Assembly (NCBI GenBank): GCA_046881885.1
Contig: JBKSMP010000028.1
Span: 30,001-62,000, forward strand
DNA: 32,000 nt
Direction: 5' to 3'
Source of the DNA: Opitutales bacterium
Lineage (GTDB): Bacteria > Verrucomicrobiota > Verrucomicrobiia > Opitutales > UBA9783
Positions 7,199 through 15,028 of the stretch are shown here, piece by piece (positions within the stretch are counted from its first letter, which is position 1; each line of letters opens with the position of its first letter). Made by a program: the position numbers and the translations under genes. Below the pieces are notes generated by a model. That model was not told where the DNA came from. It saw only the letters and a list, made by a program, of their open reading frames with translations, and ran no database searches.

Positions 7199-9844
7199 CT
7201 AATCTTTTGTAGTAAGACTATCGTTATCTTTGTTGGGTAGAAGGATTTGGATGATGGCATTGTCGTTTTGGGCAATGAGTTGCAGTTTTCCGTGCCATTT
7301 AGCGACAATGTCTTGGAATTCTGGGAAGCTGATACCCAGTTCGACCTCGTCACCCAACTTTTGATCTTCGATAAACATACTATTGAGGGCTTTTGCTGAA
7401 AAGCCACCGCTTGCAGCCTGAAGCAGGATTTGTGGGTTGTTGAGCGAATCGTAGTCAACAACGATTACAATTTTGCTGCAATCCTTTGGCAAGGTATGTC
7501 GGCAAACATTGAGTAAGTTATTGATGATTCTGCGCAAAAGGACCGTATCCACGCGTGCCAAAATGGTTTCTTGGGCCTGTAATTGAATTTCAATATTTTT
7601 ATTCAAGATCTTTTGTTTTTCAATACAACTGATAGCGCATTGGTTGAGATCTTCAGGTTTTAATTGTGCATAGGTTTTTAAACCTCCAATGATAAAGTCA
7701 TTAACGTAGTCGCCCATTTCGGTTGCGATGTTTTTAAGGAGTTGATATTCCTTTTCATCAAATACGCCAGATTTTTTATTTTCTATGAGCAAATGGAAGG
7801 CCATTAACGGCGATATGAGATCATGAGACAAGCTTCGCGCCATATTGTAGCGTTCACGATGAATAGCGATTTCCTTTTCTTGTTCTTTTACTTGTTGTAA
7901 TGTGTTCAAATTGGAACGTAACAAAGATAAAACGGCTACATACCCAATTACATAAAAACTGTGTTTCCAAGCGAAAGTTTCTGGCCAATAAAGTTGGCAA
8001 TTATTTAAAAAATAAAGGATTAATGTCAAAAATGCTGTTAAAAAGCATGCAATCCCCATGGGAGCTTCCTGTTTCTTTTCAACGCTGGATAACATCACAA
8101 TAAAAGAAAATAATAATGTTAATGCATGCAATCCATTTTCTGAAGACGTTAAAAAAAGGTAAGCTGATGTAATGGGTAAGCAGAAAAATAAGGTTGTTAA
8201 TTTAAGCCATTGAAACCGTTTTCCTTTTTCAAAAAGCTCTAAGGATCCGCCAAAAATGAGCAGTATTGCCATGGTTCCGTTGACAAGCGTTAACATTAAT
8301 TTTGAATACGTTAATGAGTTTGCATTAAATACGAGTGGCATCAATTGCAAAAATACAAGACATAATCCTAAAATGGTATTATTGCGCATTTGTAAATCGC
8401 GTACATTTAGTCGTTTTTTAGTTTTTGCCTTTTCACATTGATCTATTTTTTCTAATTTTTCCTTCGAAAATACTTTTTGCCGTCCTCCTAGAAAGTAAAA
8501 GAAAAGGACCGTTATCATGTTGGCGAATAAACCTGGAAATAAACCATCAATCTTGGTAATTGGTTTTATTTTTACATTCCAAAAAATAAAAGTAAATAAA
8601 CCAATTAAAGCGCTTAATATAAGTCCTCTAATGGAAATTTTCATGTTAAATAGCGCAAAATACAAAGGACCAAGAATAATAGAAAGCCAAAGTGTACGCA
8701 TAAAAACTTTAACTTCAAACAAACTTGTTGCTTGACTGATAACAATAATGGCAGCAATACCTATGACAAAGGAACTAATTCTTGACATTTTTAATTTTTG
8801 AGCGTCCGAAACTTCTTTCTTTATAAAAGGTAATATAATATCATTTACTAACATAATACTTCCACTGTTTATTGTAGAATCAGCTGTTGACATTAAGACT
8901 GCTAAAATACCAATAACTGCTACTCCAAAGATGCCTACAGGTAAACAATTGCTAATAATTGTAAATAAAGCACGATCTGTGTGGTGTAAAGCAGGAAAAA
9001 GTACTCGTGCGGACAATCCTAAAAAAATTGTCATAATAACAACTAATAAATAAATCCAACAAAGATTATAATACGCTTTTTTCCCCTGTTTTTTATTGCT
9101 TGTCATTAATAAGCGTTGAACATGAATTGGAGAAAGCGTTGGTAACATTAATGGAAACATCAAAAAGAGATATCTATTGAAATTTTCTCCTGTAATTGTT
9201 ACATGAGATTGAGGTAAGTTTTCTACTAACGCATGAATACCTCCAATTTTACTAATAACTGTTATAAGAAGTATAGGAATGGCAACCATTATTACAACAA
9301 ACTGTAAAATGTCAGTAAAAGTTACTGCTTTTATACCACCACGACCTGTATAAATAAAAATAATACCACCAGAAATTAACAAACAAGCGATATAAGGTAA
9401 TCCCGTTAAGACGCTTAGAGCAATTCCCATGGCCATTAATTGCATTCCGGCGCTTAAAATTTCGTAAATACAGCCAGTAATTCCTACTAAAACCTTCCCA
9501 ATGGTTCCATAAGACTTAAAAAACATATCTCCCAAAGAACAGCAACCATAATAATTACAGAATCTATGTGCTAAGAGCGACCCTATGATAATGAAAGAAA
9601 TAGGCATTCCAATTTGTGCTAAAAATTGTGTAATTCCAATTTCGTAAGCTTTCCCAACACCTCCCATTGTTGAGCTTCCCCCAATACATGTTGCAGCAAC
9701 CGTACAACAGATAGCAAAATCAGAAAACTTCCTATTGCCAATAGCATAATCACTGAAGGTTTTTATCTTTTTGCCGGAGCTGAAACCTATGTATAGCGTT
9801 GCAAGCAAAAAAGCTACTATAATTGAAATATCTACAACGTGCAT
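7199..9844 (-). CDS. Sodium:solute symporter (SSS/SLC5) domain, second 6-TM block, and histidine kinase fusion, 881 aa
   Basis: Residues 1 to about 470 are a polytopic SSS-type transporter (the N-terminus MHVVDISIIVAFLLATLYIGFSSGKKIKTFSDYAIGNRKFS is typical). Residues about 495-660 form six more predicted TM helices, followed by a coiled coil. The H-box is SLSHDLISPL (His codon 7823-7825) and an N-box-like RIINNLLNVCRHT follows. The G1/G2 ATP-lid boxes are not recognisable. Confidence 0.8.
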   Translation of the reverse strand: MHVVDISIIVAFLLATLYIGFSSGKKIKTFSDYAIGNRKFSDFAICCTVAATCIGGSSTMGGVGKAYEIGITQFLAQIGMPISFIIIGSLLAHRFCNYYGCCSLGDMFFKSYGTIGKVLVGITGCIYEILSAGMQLMAMGIALSVLTGLPYIACLLISGGIIFIYTGRGGIKAVTFTDILQFVVIMVAIPILLITVISKIGGIHALVENLPQSHVTITGENFNRYLFLMFPLMLPTLSPIHVQRLLMTSNKKQGKKAYYNLCWIYLLVVIMTIFLGLSARVLFPALHHTDRALFTIISNCLPVGIFGVAVIGILAVLMSTADSTINSGSIMLVNDIILPFIKKEVSDAQKLKMSRISSFVIGIAAIIVISQATSLFEVKVFMRTLWLSIILGPLYFALFNMKISIRGLILSALIGLFTFIFWNVKIKPITKIDGLFPGLFANMITVLFFYFLGGRQKVFSKEKLEKIDQCEKAKTKKRLNVRDLQMRNNTILGLCLVFLQLMPLVFNANSLTYSKLMLTLVNGTMAILLIFGGSLELFEKGKRFQWLKLTTLFFCLPITSAYLFLTSSENGLHALTLLFSFIVMLSSVEKKQEAPMGIACFLTAFLTLILYFLNNCQLYWPETFAWKHSFYVIGYVAVLSLLRSNLNTLQQVKEQEKEIAIHRERYNMARSLSHDLISPLMAFHLLIENKKSGVFDEKEYQLLKNIATEMGDYVNDFIIGGLKTYAQLKPEDLNQCAISCIEKQKILNKNIEIQLQAQETILARVDTVLLRRIINNLLNVCRHTLPKDCSKIVIVVDYDSLNNPQILLQAASGGFSAKALNSMFIEDQKLGDEVELGISFPEFQDIVAKWHGKLQLIAQNDNAIIQILLPNKDNDSLTTKD

Positions 9845-9905
9845 GACTCTTTATTAGTTAGGTTTTTTGTAAATGTCCAGAAATTAATTAATTTTTATAA
9901 ATAAA

Positions 9906-9918
9906 AATAATGCAAGAA
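9906..9918. repeat. 13-bp direct repeat copy 1 (aataatgcaagaa)
   Basis: This is an exact copy of 9959-9971, 53 bp apart. It lies 62-74 nt upstream of the sensor kinase ATG (9844, minus strand). Confidence 0.6.
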
Positions 9919-9958
9919 GTGTTGATATAAAGGAAATTGATTACAAAATAGTAGATTG

Positions 9959-9971
9959 AATAATGCAAGAA
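9959..9971. repeat. 13-bp direct repeat copy 2 (aataatgcaagaa)
   Basis: This is an exact copy of 9906-9918. It lies 115-127 nt upstream of the sensor kinase ATG. Confidence 0.6.
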
Positions 9972-10032
9972 AAGAAAGAGATTAATGGAAGAAATGTGTA
10001 GATAAAAAGCGAATTATAAAATTGACTTTAAA

Positions 10033-10971
10033 TTACTCAATTTTAATCGAGAGGCATTCGAGGGTAGCGTTTAAAACCTTTTCTAGTGGTAGATCGGCAA
10101 TCCGTCGCGTAGGGGACTGCAGGACACAATGCTCTTTGACGGGATAAGGTCCATAACGATTTGCATCTGTAGGGCCATAAAGTCCGACGAGAAGTTTATT
10201 GAGGGCTGCAGCTAAATGTACGGGACCACTATCATTGGCAATAATACACGCTGCATCTTTCATAAGCGCTGGTAGATCCGACAACCGAGTTTTTCCAATT
10301 AAATTTACAAAACGGTCATGTTGTGAAACTTTATCAAGCTTTTGTTGACCAACCCAAACACAAGGGAAACTTGTCTTTTCTAACAACAATTCTGTTAATT
10401 CAAAAAAATAGGGCCATTCCTTTTTTGGACCGCGGCTATTGGGAAACAAAAGTATTGCGTTCTTGGGAATGGCAAAGTCTTTTGCTTCTTTTTTAAACGT
10501 AAGCGGTTGTTGCGGAATAGACTCAAACGGTAGAGCTTCTAATAATGCCTGCAAAACCTCTACGGCATGCTGATTTTTTCCTTTAGGAGCGTAGGTTTGG
10601 GAATAAAATAGTCGCGAGCCTTCACGTGCATCTTTTCGGCCTATTTTGTGATTTCCGCGTGCAAAAAACGTCATTAGGCCGGAGCGCAATAATCCTTGAA
10701 AATCAAAAATCCAGTCATAAGTTTCTTGGCGTACAGTTTGCATTAAGCGATAGAAACCTTTTATTCCGCCTTTTCTCTCAAAAATAAAACATTTTTCTAC
10801 AAAAGGATTAAGTTGGACAATTTCGGCAAAAATTTCGCGTACAATCCAATGAATATGTAAAGTAATGCCTTGCTTTTGAGCTGCCCGACAAGCTCCTTCT
10901 ACTACTTGTAAGGTTTGAATGATATCGCCTAAAGAAGATGGCTTAATGACGAGTAATTTAAAGCTTTGCAT
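10033..10971 (-). CDS. Glycosyltransferase family 9 (LPS heptosyltransferase-like), 312 aa
   Basis: The N-terminus LLVIKPSSLGDIIQTL and the C-terminal IANDSGPVHLAAAL are typical of the GT9 RfaC/RfaF family. Substrate specificity cannot be assigned. Confidence 0.8.
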   Translation of the reverse strand: MQSFKLLVIKPSSLGDIIQTLQVVEGACRAAQKQGITLHIHWIVREIFAEIVQLNPFVEKCFIFERKGGIKGFYRLMQTVRQETYDWIFDFQGLLRSGLMTFFARGNHKIGRKDAREGSRLFYSQTYAPKGKNQHAVEVLQALLEALPFESIPQQPLTFKKEAKDFAIPKNAILLFPNSRGPKKEWPYFFELTELLLEKTSFPCVWVGQQKLDKVSQHDRFVNLIGKTRLSDLPALMKDAACIIANDSGPVHLAAALNKLLVGLYGPTDANRYGPYPVKEHCVLQSPTRRIADLPLEKVLNATLECLSIKIE

Positions 10972-10974
10972 ATT

Positions 10975-11418
10975 TTATACTTTGATTTTAAATACAGCTT
11001 TTTTTACATATTCTGGTGTATGAATGGGTAAGCCAGGTTTATGGGCATCTTCTGGGAAAAAGATAAAAAACAAGTCTGGCTTTGCTTCCAATTTTTGTCC
11101 CATTCCTGACAAAAACATAATGTCTTTATCCTTATCGTAAGTTGTTTTGACCTGTGTTTTATTTAATGGACACCATTCAATACATTCCTCACCTTCAAGA
11201 ACCATTTGTATATCGATGTACCGCTTATGAGCTTCAAAATCTTTATCTGCTTGTGTCTTATAACGATTAATAGACAAAAAAACCTCTTCTCCTAAAAGAG
11301 AATAACGTCCTTCTTCTAACATGTTTAATGAATGGTTTTCCACAAAATTTAAAACATTTGAAAAGCTTTTATGCAGCTTTACGTACGCTTTAAAACAAGA
11401 AAGACAGTCTACGATCAT
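10975..11418 (-). CDS. YhcH/YjgK/YiaL (DUF386) family protein, 147 aa
   Basis: The cupin-like family pattern HKRYIDIQMVLEGEECIEW ... FFIFFPEDAHKPG is present. Its stop codon lies 3 nt upstream of the GT9 gene start. Confidence 0.75.
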   Translation of the reverse strand: MIVDCLSCFKAYVKLHKSFSNVLNFVENHSLNMLEEGRYSLLGEEVFLSINRYKTQADKDFEAHKRYIDIQMVLEGEECIEWCPLNKTQVKTTYDKDKDIMFLSGMGQKLEAKPDLFFIFFPEDAHKPGLPIHTPEYVKKAVFKIKV

Positions 11419-11551
11419 AATTGGGTAATTTATATATATCTAAAATTAAGGCCCAAATTTCAATGTTTTTTTGAAGGTTTCCTAGTATAAGGGGTGAAAA
11501 GATATGTTTTAAAAAAGTATCAAAATTTAATAGACAGTTAATGTGGGATTT

Positions 11552-11557
11552 TATAAT
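11552..11557 (+). promoter_or_regulatory. Candidate -10 (TATAAT) for comM
   Basis: A perfect TATAAT lies 22 nt upstream of ATG 11579, with aagga as a possible SD at 11567-11571. This supports the downstream ATG rather than the GTG at 11543. Confidence 0.3.
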
Positions 11558-11578
11558 GCTAAAACAAAGGACAGTTTT

Positions 11579-13081
11579 ATGTTGTCGATTATAGATTCAG
11601 GTTGCTTACAGGGAATAGAGGCCTTGCCCATACAGGTAGAAGTAAATACCGGAGAGCGTGGCGAATTGCGATGGGTAATGGTGGGTTTGCCGGATGCAGC
11701 CGTTAAAGAATCACAAAATCGTGTTTTTTCAGCCTTAGGAAATTGTGGCTATGCGCTTCCTATTTCGCGTACAACGATTAATTTAGCACCTGGAAATTTA
11801 AGAAAAGAAGGTCCTTTGTACGATTTACCTATTGCCTTGGCGATTATTTCGGCGACTCAGCAGGCGCATTTTCCACATGCCAATGAATTTCTGGTTGCTG
11901 GTGAGCTGAGTTTGTCAGGAGAGTTGAGAAGCATTCCGGGAGGATTTAATTTAGCGCTTTTAGCAAAAAAGCTTAACAAACGAGGCCTTATTTTACCACT
12001 GGAATCTGCTTCAAGTGCGGCCTTTGTGGAAGGTATCGAAGTTTTTGGAGCAAAGCATTTACGTGAATGTGTTGACTTTCTACGGGGCACAGGTAGTTTG
12101 ACGCCTATCCAAAAGACTATATCCAATCAGGAAGTTGAAATAGAACATGATTTTTCTGCAATCCATGGACAGCGTATTCTTAAAAGAGCTGTTGAGATTG
12201 CGGTAGCCGGTAACCATAATTTGCTAATGATGGGGCCTCCAGGGTGCGGCAAGTCTATGATTGCGAAATGTATTCCAGATTTATTACCAACGCCGACCCA
12301 TGAAGAATGGCTGGAGATTTTAAAAATTCAATCTGCTTGTGGATTGGATATTGATCTTTCGCATAAGCGACGTCCTTTTCGCTCTCCTCATCATAATGTT
12401 AGCGATGCAGGTTTAATTGGTGGTGGCATCATTCCACAGCCAGGAGAAATTTCATTAGCCCATCATGGGGTTTTATTTTTGGATGAATTGCCAGAATTTA
12501 AGCGTTCTGTTTTGGAAATGTTACGCCAACCCTTAGAAAATGGAGAGGTAACGATTGTACGATCTAACGGTAAATTGACATTTCCCTGCAAAACACTTTG
12601 CATTGCGGCTATGAATCCCTGTCCTTGTGGATATTATGGTAATCGTCAGCGTAAGTGTATTTGTTCGCAAAATCAAATTCAGCAATACCGATCCCGATTA
12701 AGCGGGCCCTTATTGGATCGTTTTGATTTACAATTGGAAGTGCAGCCTGTTGAATTATCTGCATTTAATAAAAGTAAGCCGGAGGAATCTTCTGCGGTTG
12801 TAAAGGCTCGAATTTCTGAAGCTAGAAAGCTTCAAATAAATCGGTTTGGAACTTATAATGCGCATTTGTCAGCGAAACAATTGCAGCAATGTCATTGTTC
12901 GCAATTGGATTTAGCTTGGCTACAACAAGCCTGTCAACAACTCCAATTGTCGGCACGTGCTTACCATAAAGTCCTTAAAATTGCCCAAACGATTGCAGAT
13001 ATAGATCAAGATCCAACGATTCAACAAAAACATATGATGGAGGCTATGCAGTATCGTTGCTTTGATCGGGCTTGGCGCTAA
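11579..13081 (+). CDS. comM: YifB/ComM family Mg-chelatase-like AAA+ ATPase
   Basis: An N-terminal Lon-protease-like domain is present (ALPIQVEVNTG..., NLAPGNLRKEGPLYDLPIALAI). Walker A is GPPGCGKSM and Walker B is VLFLDELPEF. The C-terminal helical domain is also present. The start is taken at ATG 11579. Confidence 0.85.
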   Translation: MLSIIDSGCLQGIEALPIQVEVNTGERGELRWVMVGLPDAAVKESQNRVFSALGNCGYALPISRTTINLAPGNLRKEGPLYDLPIALAIISATQQAHFPHANEFLVAGELSLSGELRSIPGGFNLALLAKKLNKRGLILPLESASSAAFVEGIEVFGAKHLRECVDFLRGTGSLTPIQKTISNQEVEIEHDFSAIHGQRILKRAVEIAVAGNHNLLMMGPPGCGKSMIAKCIPDLLPTPTHEEWLEILKIQSACGLDIDLSHKRRPFRSPHHNVSDAGLIGGGIIPQPGEISLAHHGVLFLDELPEFKRSVLEMLRQPLENGEVTIVRSNGKLTFPCKTLCIAAMNPCPCGYYGNRQRKCICSQNQIQQYRSRLSGPLLDRFDLQLEVQPVELSAFNKSKPEESSAVVKARISEARKLQINRFGTYNAHLSAKQLQQCHCSQLDLAWLQQACQQLQLSARAYHKVLKIAQTIADIDQDPTIQQKHMMEAMQYRCFDRAWR

Positions 13082-13525
13082 CTATTTTTCTTCAGGAAAG
13101 TCCTCTGAAGGGGGTAGTTTTATAAAACGAACATCAAACACAATCGGTTGGTCGGATTCAGATAGCAATTTGATTTTTTTCATAATAAATTGCCAAAAAC
13201 GTTTTAATTGATCTTTATGAAAACCGAATTCCCGATCTCTGGGGGCTATTTTATCAAAGTTTGCACTTGTAAAAACCGCTAGTTTTAAAAAAATTTCTGA
13301 GATGTTTGGAGCAGGATAATTATTTTGAGTAAGTTCTTTAAACAATATGTTTCTATTATGAAAAATGAGTTTCAGCAGGGGTTTATTCTGTTCAAATGTT
13401 AAATAATCCTCTATGGGATGTAAAAATTTAAAAATTCGATCAACAATTTTATGTTCAGCAAATACAGTGTTAAAACCAAAAAATAAAATCAAATAGAATA
13501 ACCGCAAACACCCTACAATTTTCAT
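13082..13525 (-). CDS. Hypothetical exported protein, paralog A (about 147 aa from ATG 13525; the ORF extends to 13600)
   Basis: The signal-like N-terminus is MKIVGCLRLFYLILFFGFNTVFA|EHK. An ungapped alignment of about 95 aa to the adjacent ORF gives about 28% identity. Its stop abuts the comM stop with a 0-nt gap. Confidence 0.5.
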   Translation of the reverse strand: MKIVGCLRLFYLILFFGFNTVFAEHKIVDRIFKFLHPIEDYLTFEQNKPLLKLIFHNRNILFKELTQNNYPAPNISEIFLKLAVFTSANFDKIAPRDREFGFHKDQLKRFWQFIMKKIKLLSESDQPIVFDVRFIKLPPSEDFPEEK

Positions 13526-13605
13526 TGTGTTTTGTTGAAAATCAAGTTTTTGTGAAAATTTGTTGAATGCTTTATAGATACTGTCGCAAGCCTGTGGCAT
13601 TGATG

Positions 13606-14088
13606 TTAGTTAAGATCAGTCTCTTCAAAATCATCTTTTTCAAGATTTTCGCTATCCAAAACATTTTCGCTTTCTGAATTTTCGGAAGAAAGGTAGTCGT
13701 TAATAGAGCAATTTAAATCATGATAATACGTAATTACTTGTGTCATTATTTTCATCCAATAATCCCAAATTTGGTTTTGGGTTAAACAAAACCTTTGTCC
13801 TGCTGGAAAGGAAATTTGGAAATCAGGTATCGTTAAAGCACAAAGCATAGAAAATATTCTCGCAATTTTTCTTTCGGCATCAGGCTTTTCTATAAGTTTT
13901 TTATAAAGTGGTTTGGTGTTATTTAAAAGGGTAAATAAAAGCTCCTTGTCTGTTTTAAACGTATTTACAATTTCTTTTTTGCTAAACTTCTCAAAAATTT
14001 GATCAATGATAAGATCTATTGGATCTCCTAAGCATGCACCTACTTTTAAAAATAACGAAACTAGCACAATCAACAATAAGCGTCCCAT
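13606..14088 (-). CDS. Hypothetical exported protein, paralog B, 160 aa, with an acidic Ser/Glu/Asn tail
   Basis: The signal-like N-terminus is MGRLLLIVLVSLFLKVGAC. The core is collinear with paralog A (IDQIF/VDRIF, TF..K.LL, L.K.L, I..IF, DF/NF, F...Q...W..IM). The C-terminal tail is SSENSESENVLDSENLEKDDFEETDLN. Confidence 0.55.
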   Translation of the reverse strand: MGRLLLIVLVSLFLKVGACLGDPIDLIIDQIFEKFSKKEIVNTFKTDKELLFTLLNNTKPLYKKLIEKPDAERKIARIFSMLCALTIPDFQISFPAGQRFCLTQNQIWDYWMKIMTQVITYYHDLNCSINDYLSSENSESENVLDSENLEKDDFEETDLN

Positions 14089-14212
14089 GATTTGTATTGT
14101 GTTTCTTTTTTATATAAAATCAAGTTTTTATGTAAAAAATATTAGCATACAAGCACACCAAACTTACTATTATAAAAAATACTTTTATACTGAAATAAAA
14201 TTTAACCTAAAC

Positions 14213-14288
14213 TGGTGGAGTCGATCGGATTCGAACCGACGACCTCCTGCTTGCAAAGCAGGCGCTCTTCCAACTAAGCTACGACCCC
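14213..14288 (-). tRNA. tRNA-Ala (anticodon UGC), CCA encoded
   Basis: The cloverleaf was folded by hand. The acceptor stem GGGGTCG/CGACTCC includes the G3:U70 alanine identity pair. The anticodon loop is TT-TGC-AA, the T-arm contains GGTTCGAATCC, and the 3' end is ACCA. Confidence 0.95.
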
Positions 14289-14304
14289 TTTGAAATTTAC
14301 TCTG

Positions 14305-14336
14305 TTTATAATCCGTTTTAGAATAGGATTTGTCAA
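14305..14336 (-). promoter_or_regulatory. Candidate tRNA-Ala promoter (consensus -35 TTGACA)
   Basis: The minus strand reads cTTGACA...ggatTATAAAcagag upstream of the tRNA 5' end. The -35 is perfect, but the spacing to the best -10 (TATAAA) is about 20 nt, which is non-optimal. Confidence 0.25.
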
Positions 14337-14385
14337 GCTATCTTTCAGGAAAATTTTCACAGCAGCTAGTTGACGGAATATGTAC

Positions 14386-14922
14386 TCACAATTTACGGAT
14401 GATATAGGCAAGGAATATGTTTTTTAATAAAGTACTGATTATAAAGGGTACAATGCCGAGCATCCAAGCCGTATGAAAGTCTGTTAGGCAGGCTAAATAA
14501 AGATAGCCGCAAGCAAATGTAGGTAATTCGCTTACTAAACCAATCATAAGCAAATGGGATGTTTTTTTTGATGAAACTCTTTCGTAAAGCATACCTGCTA
14601 AGTAGGCTGAGATTAAAAATCCCCACAAATAACCACTGGAATAACTTCCTAGTAAAACAGCAGGTCCACAAGAAAATTTTGCGAAAACAGGAAGGCCGAA
14701 AAAACCTTCTAAAAGGTAAAATGCAACAGCGGCTACTGTCAAACGTTTCCCTAATACACAAGCCAGAAAAAAGATAGTAATCGTTTGTAAGGTAAAAGGA
14801 ACAGGGTAGAAGGGTACAGTAATTTGAGCGCTGGCTGCAAGCAACAAAGTTGCGGAAAATACCTGAATAAGTGATCTTATGGCATTACGCCCTTCTTGTA
14901 AAATTGTTTGTAAATACATCAT
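14386..14922 (-). CDS. bioY: BioY family biotin transporter S-component, 178 aa
   Basis: It is a six-TM protein with BioY-typical segments AQITVPFYPVPFTLQT, GLPVFA and GPAVLLGSYSSGYLWGF. Confidence 0.85.
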   Translation of the reverse strand: MMYLQTILQEGRNAIRSLIQVFSATLLLAASAQITVPFYPVPFTLQTITIFFLACVLGKRLTVAAVAFYLLEGFFGLPVFAKFSCGPAVLLGSYSSGYLWGFLISAYLAGMLYERVSSKKTSHLLMIGLVSELPTFACGYLYLACLTDFHTAWMLGIVPFIISTLLKNIFLAYIIRKL

Positions 14923-15028
14923 AAATTACTTTAATACTCTGCAAAACGGCTTGTTTTCTTGCAAGGATAAAAGTTTATTTTTATAAAAACGCTTTGCTTT
15001 TCTTGATATAAGGTGGTACAAATTAAAT

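Noticed and set aside
7159-7461. A 100-aa minus-strand ORF overlaps the 3' end of the sensor kinase gene and spans the terminator.
   Set aside because: It is an alternative frame of the kinase C-terminal region. It runs through the 7149-7171 terminator hairpin. It has no start context or motifs.
13082-14288. I considered a tRNA-Ala-associated genomic island with att direct repeats.
   Set aside because: I searched by eye for a copy of the tRNA 3' end (tggtggagtcgatcgg...) near the comM boundary and found none. No integrase is present. Only the AT-rich composition and the tRNA adjacency remain, and these are reported as such.
14006-14293. A 95-aa plus-strand ORF covers the tRNA-Ala locus.
   Set aside because: Its 3' third is simply the complement of the tRNA gene. 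The rest is AT-rich promoter region of paralog B.
14393-14761. A 122-aa minus-strand ORF lies inside bioY.
   Set aside because: It is an alternative frame of the clearly recognisable BioY coding sequence.
14940-14963. An imperfect inverted repeat TGCAAAAC...GTTTTcTTGCA in the bioY/mpl divergent spacer could be a BirA/BioQ-type operator.
   Set aside because: The arms need a 2-nt insertion to pair, and it does not match the biotin operator consensus I know. The support is too weak without comparative data.
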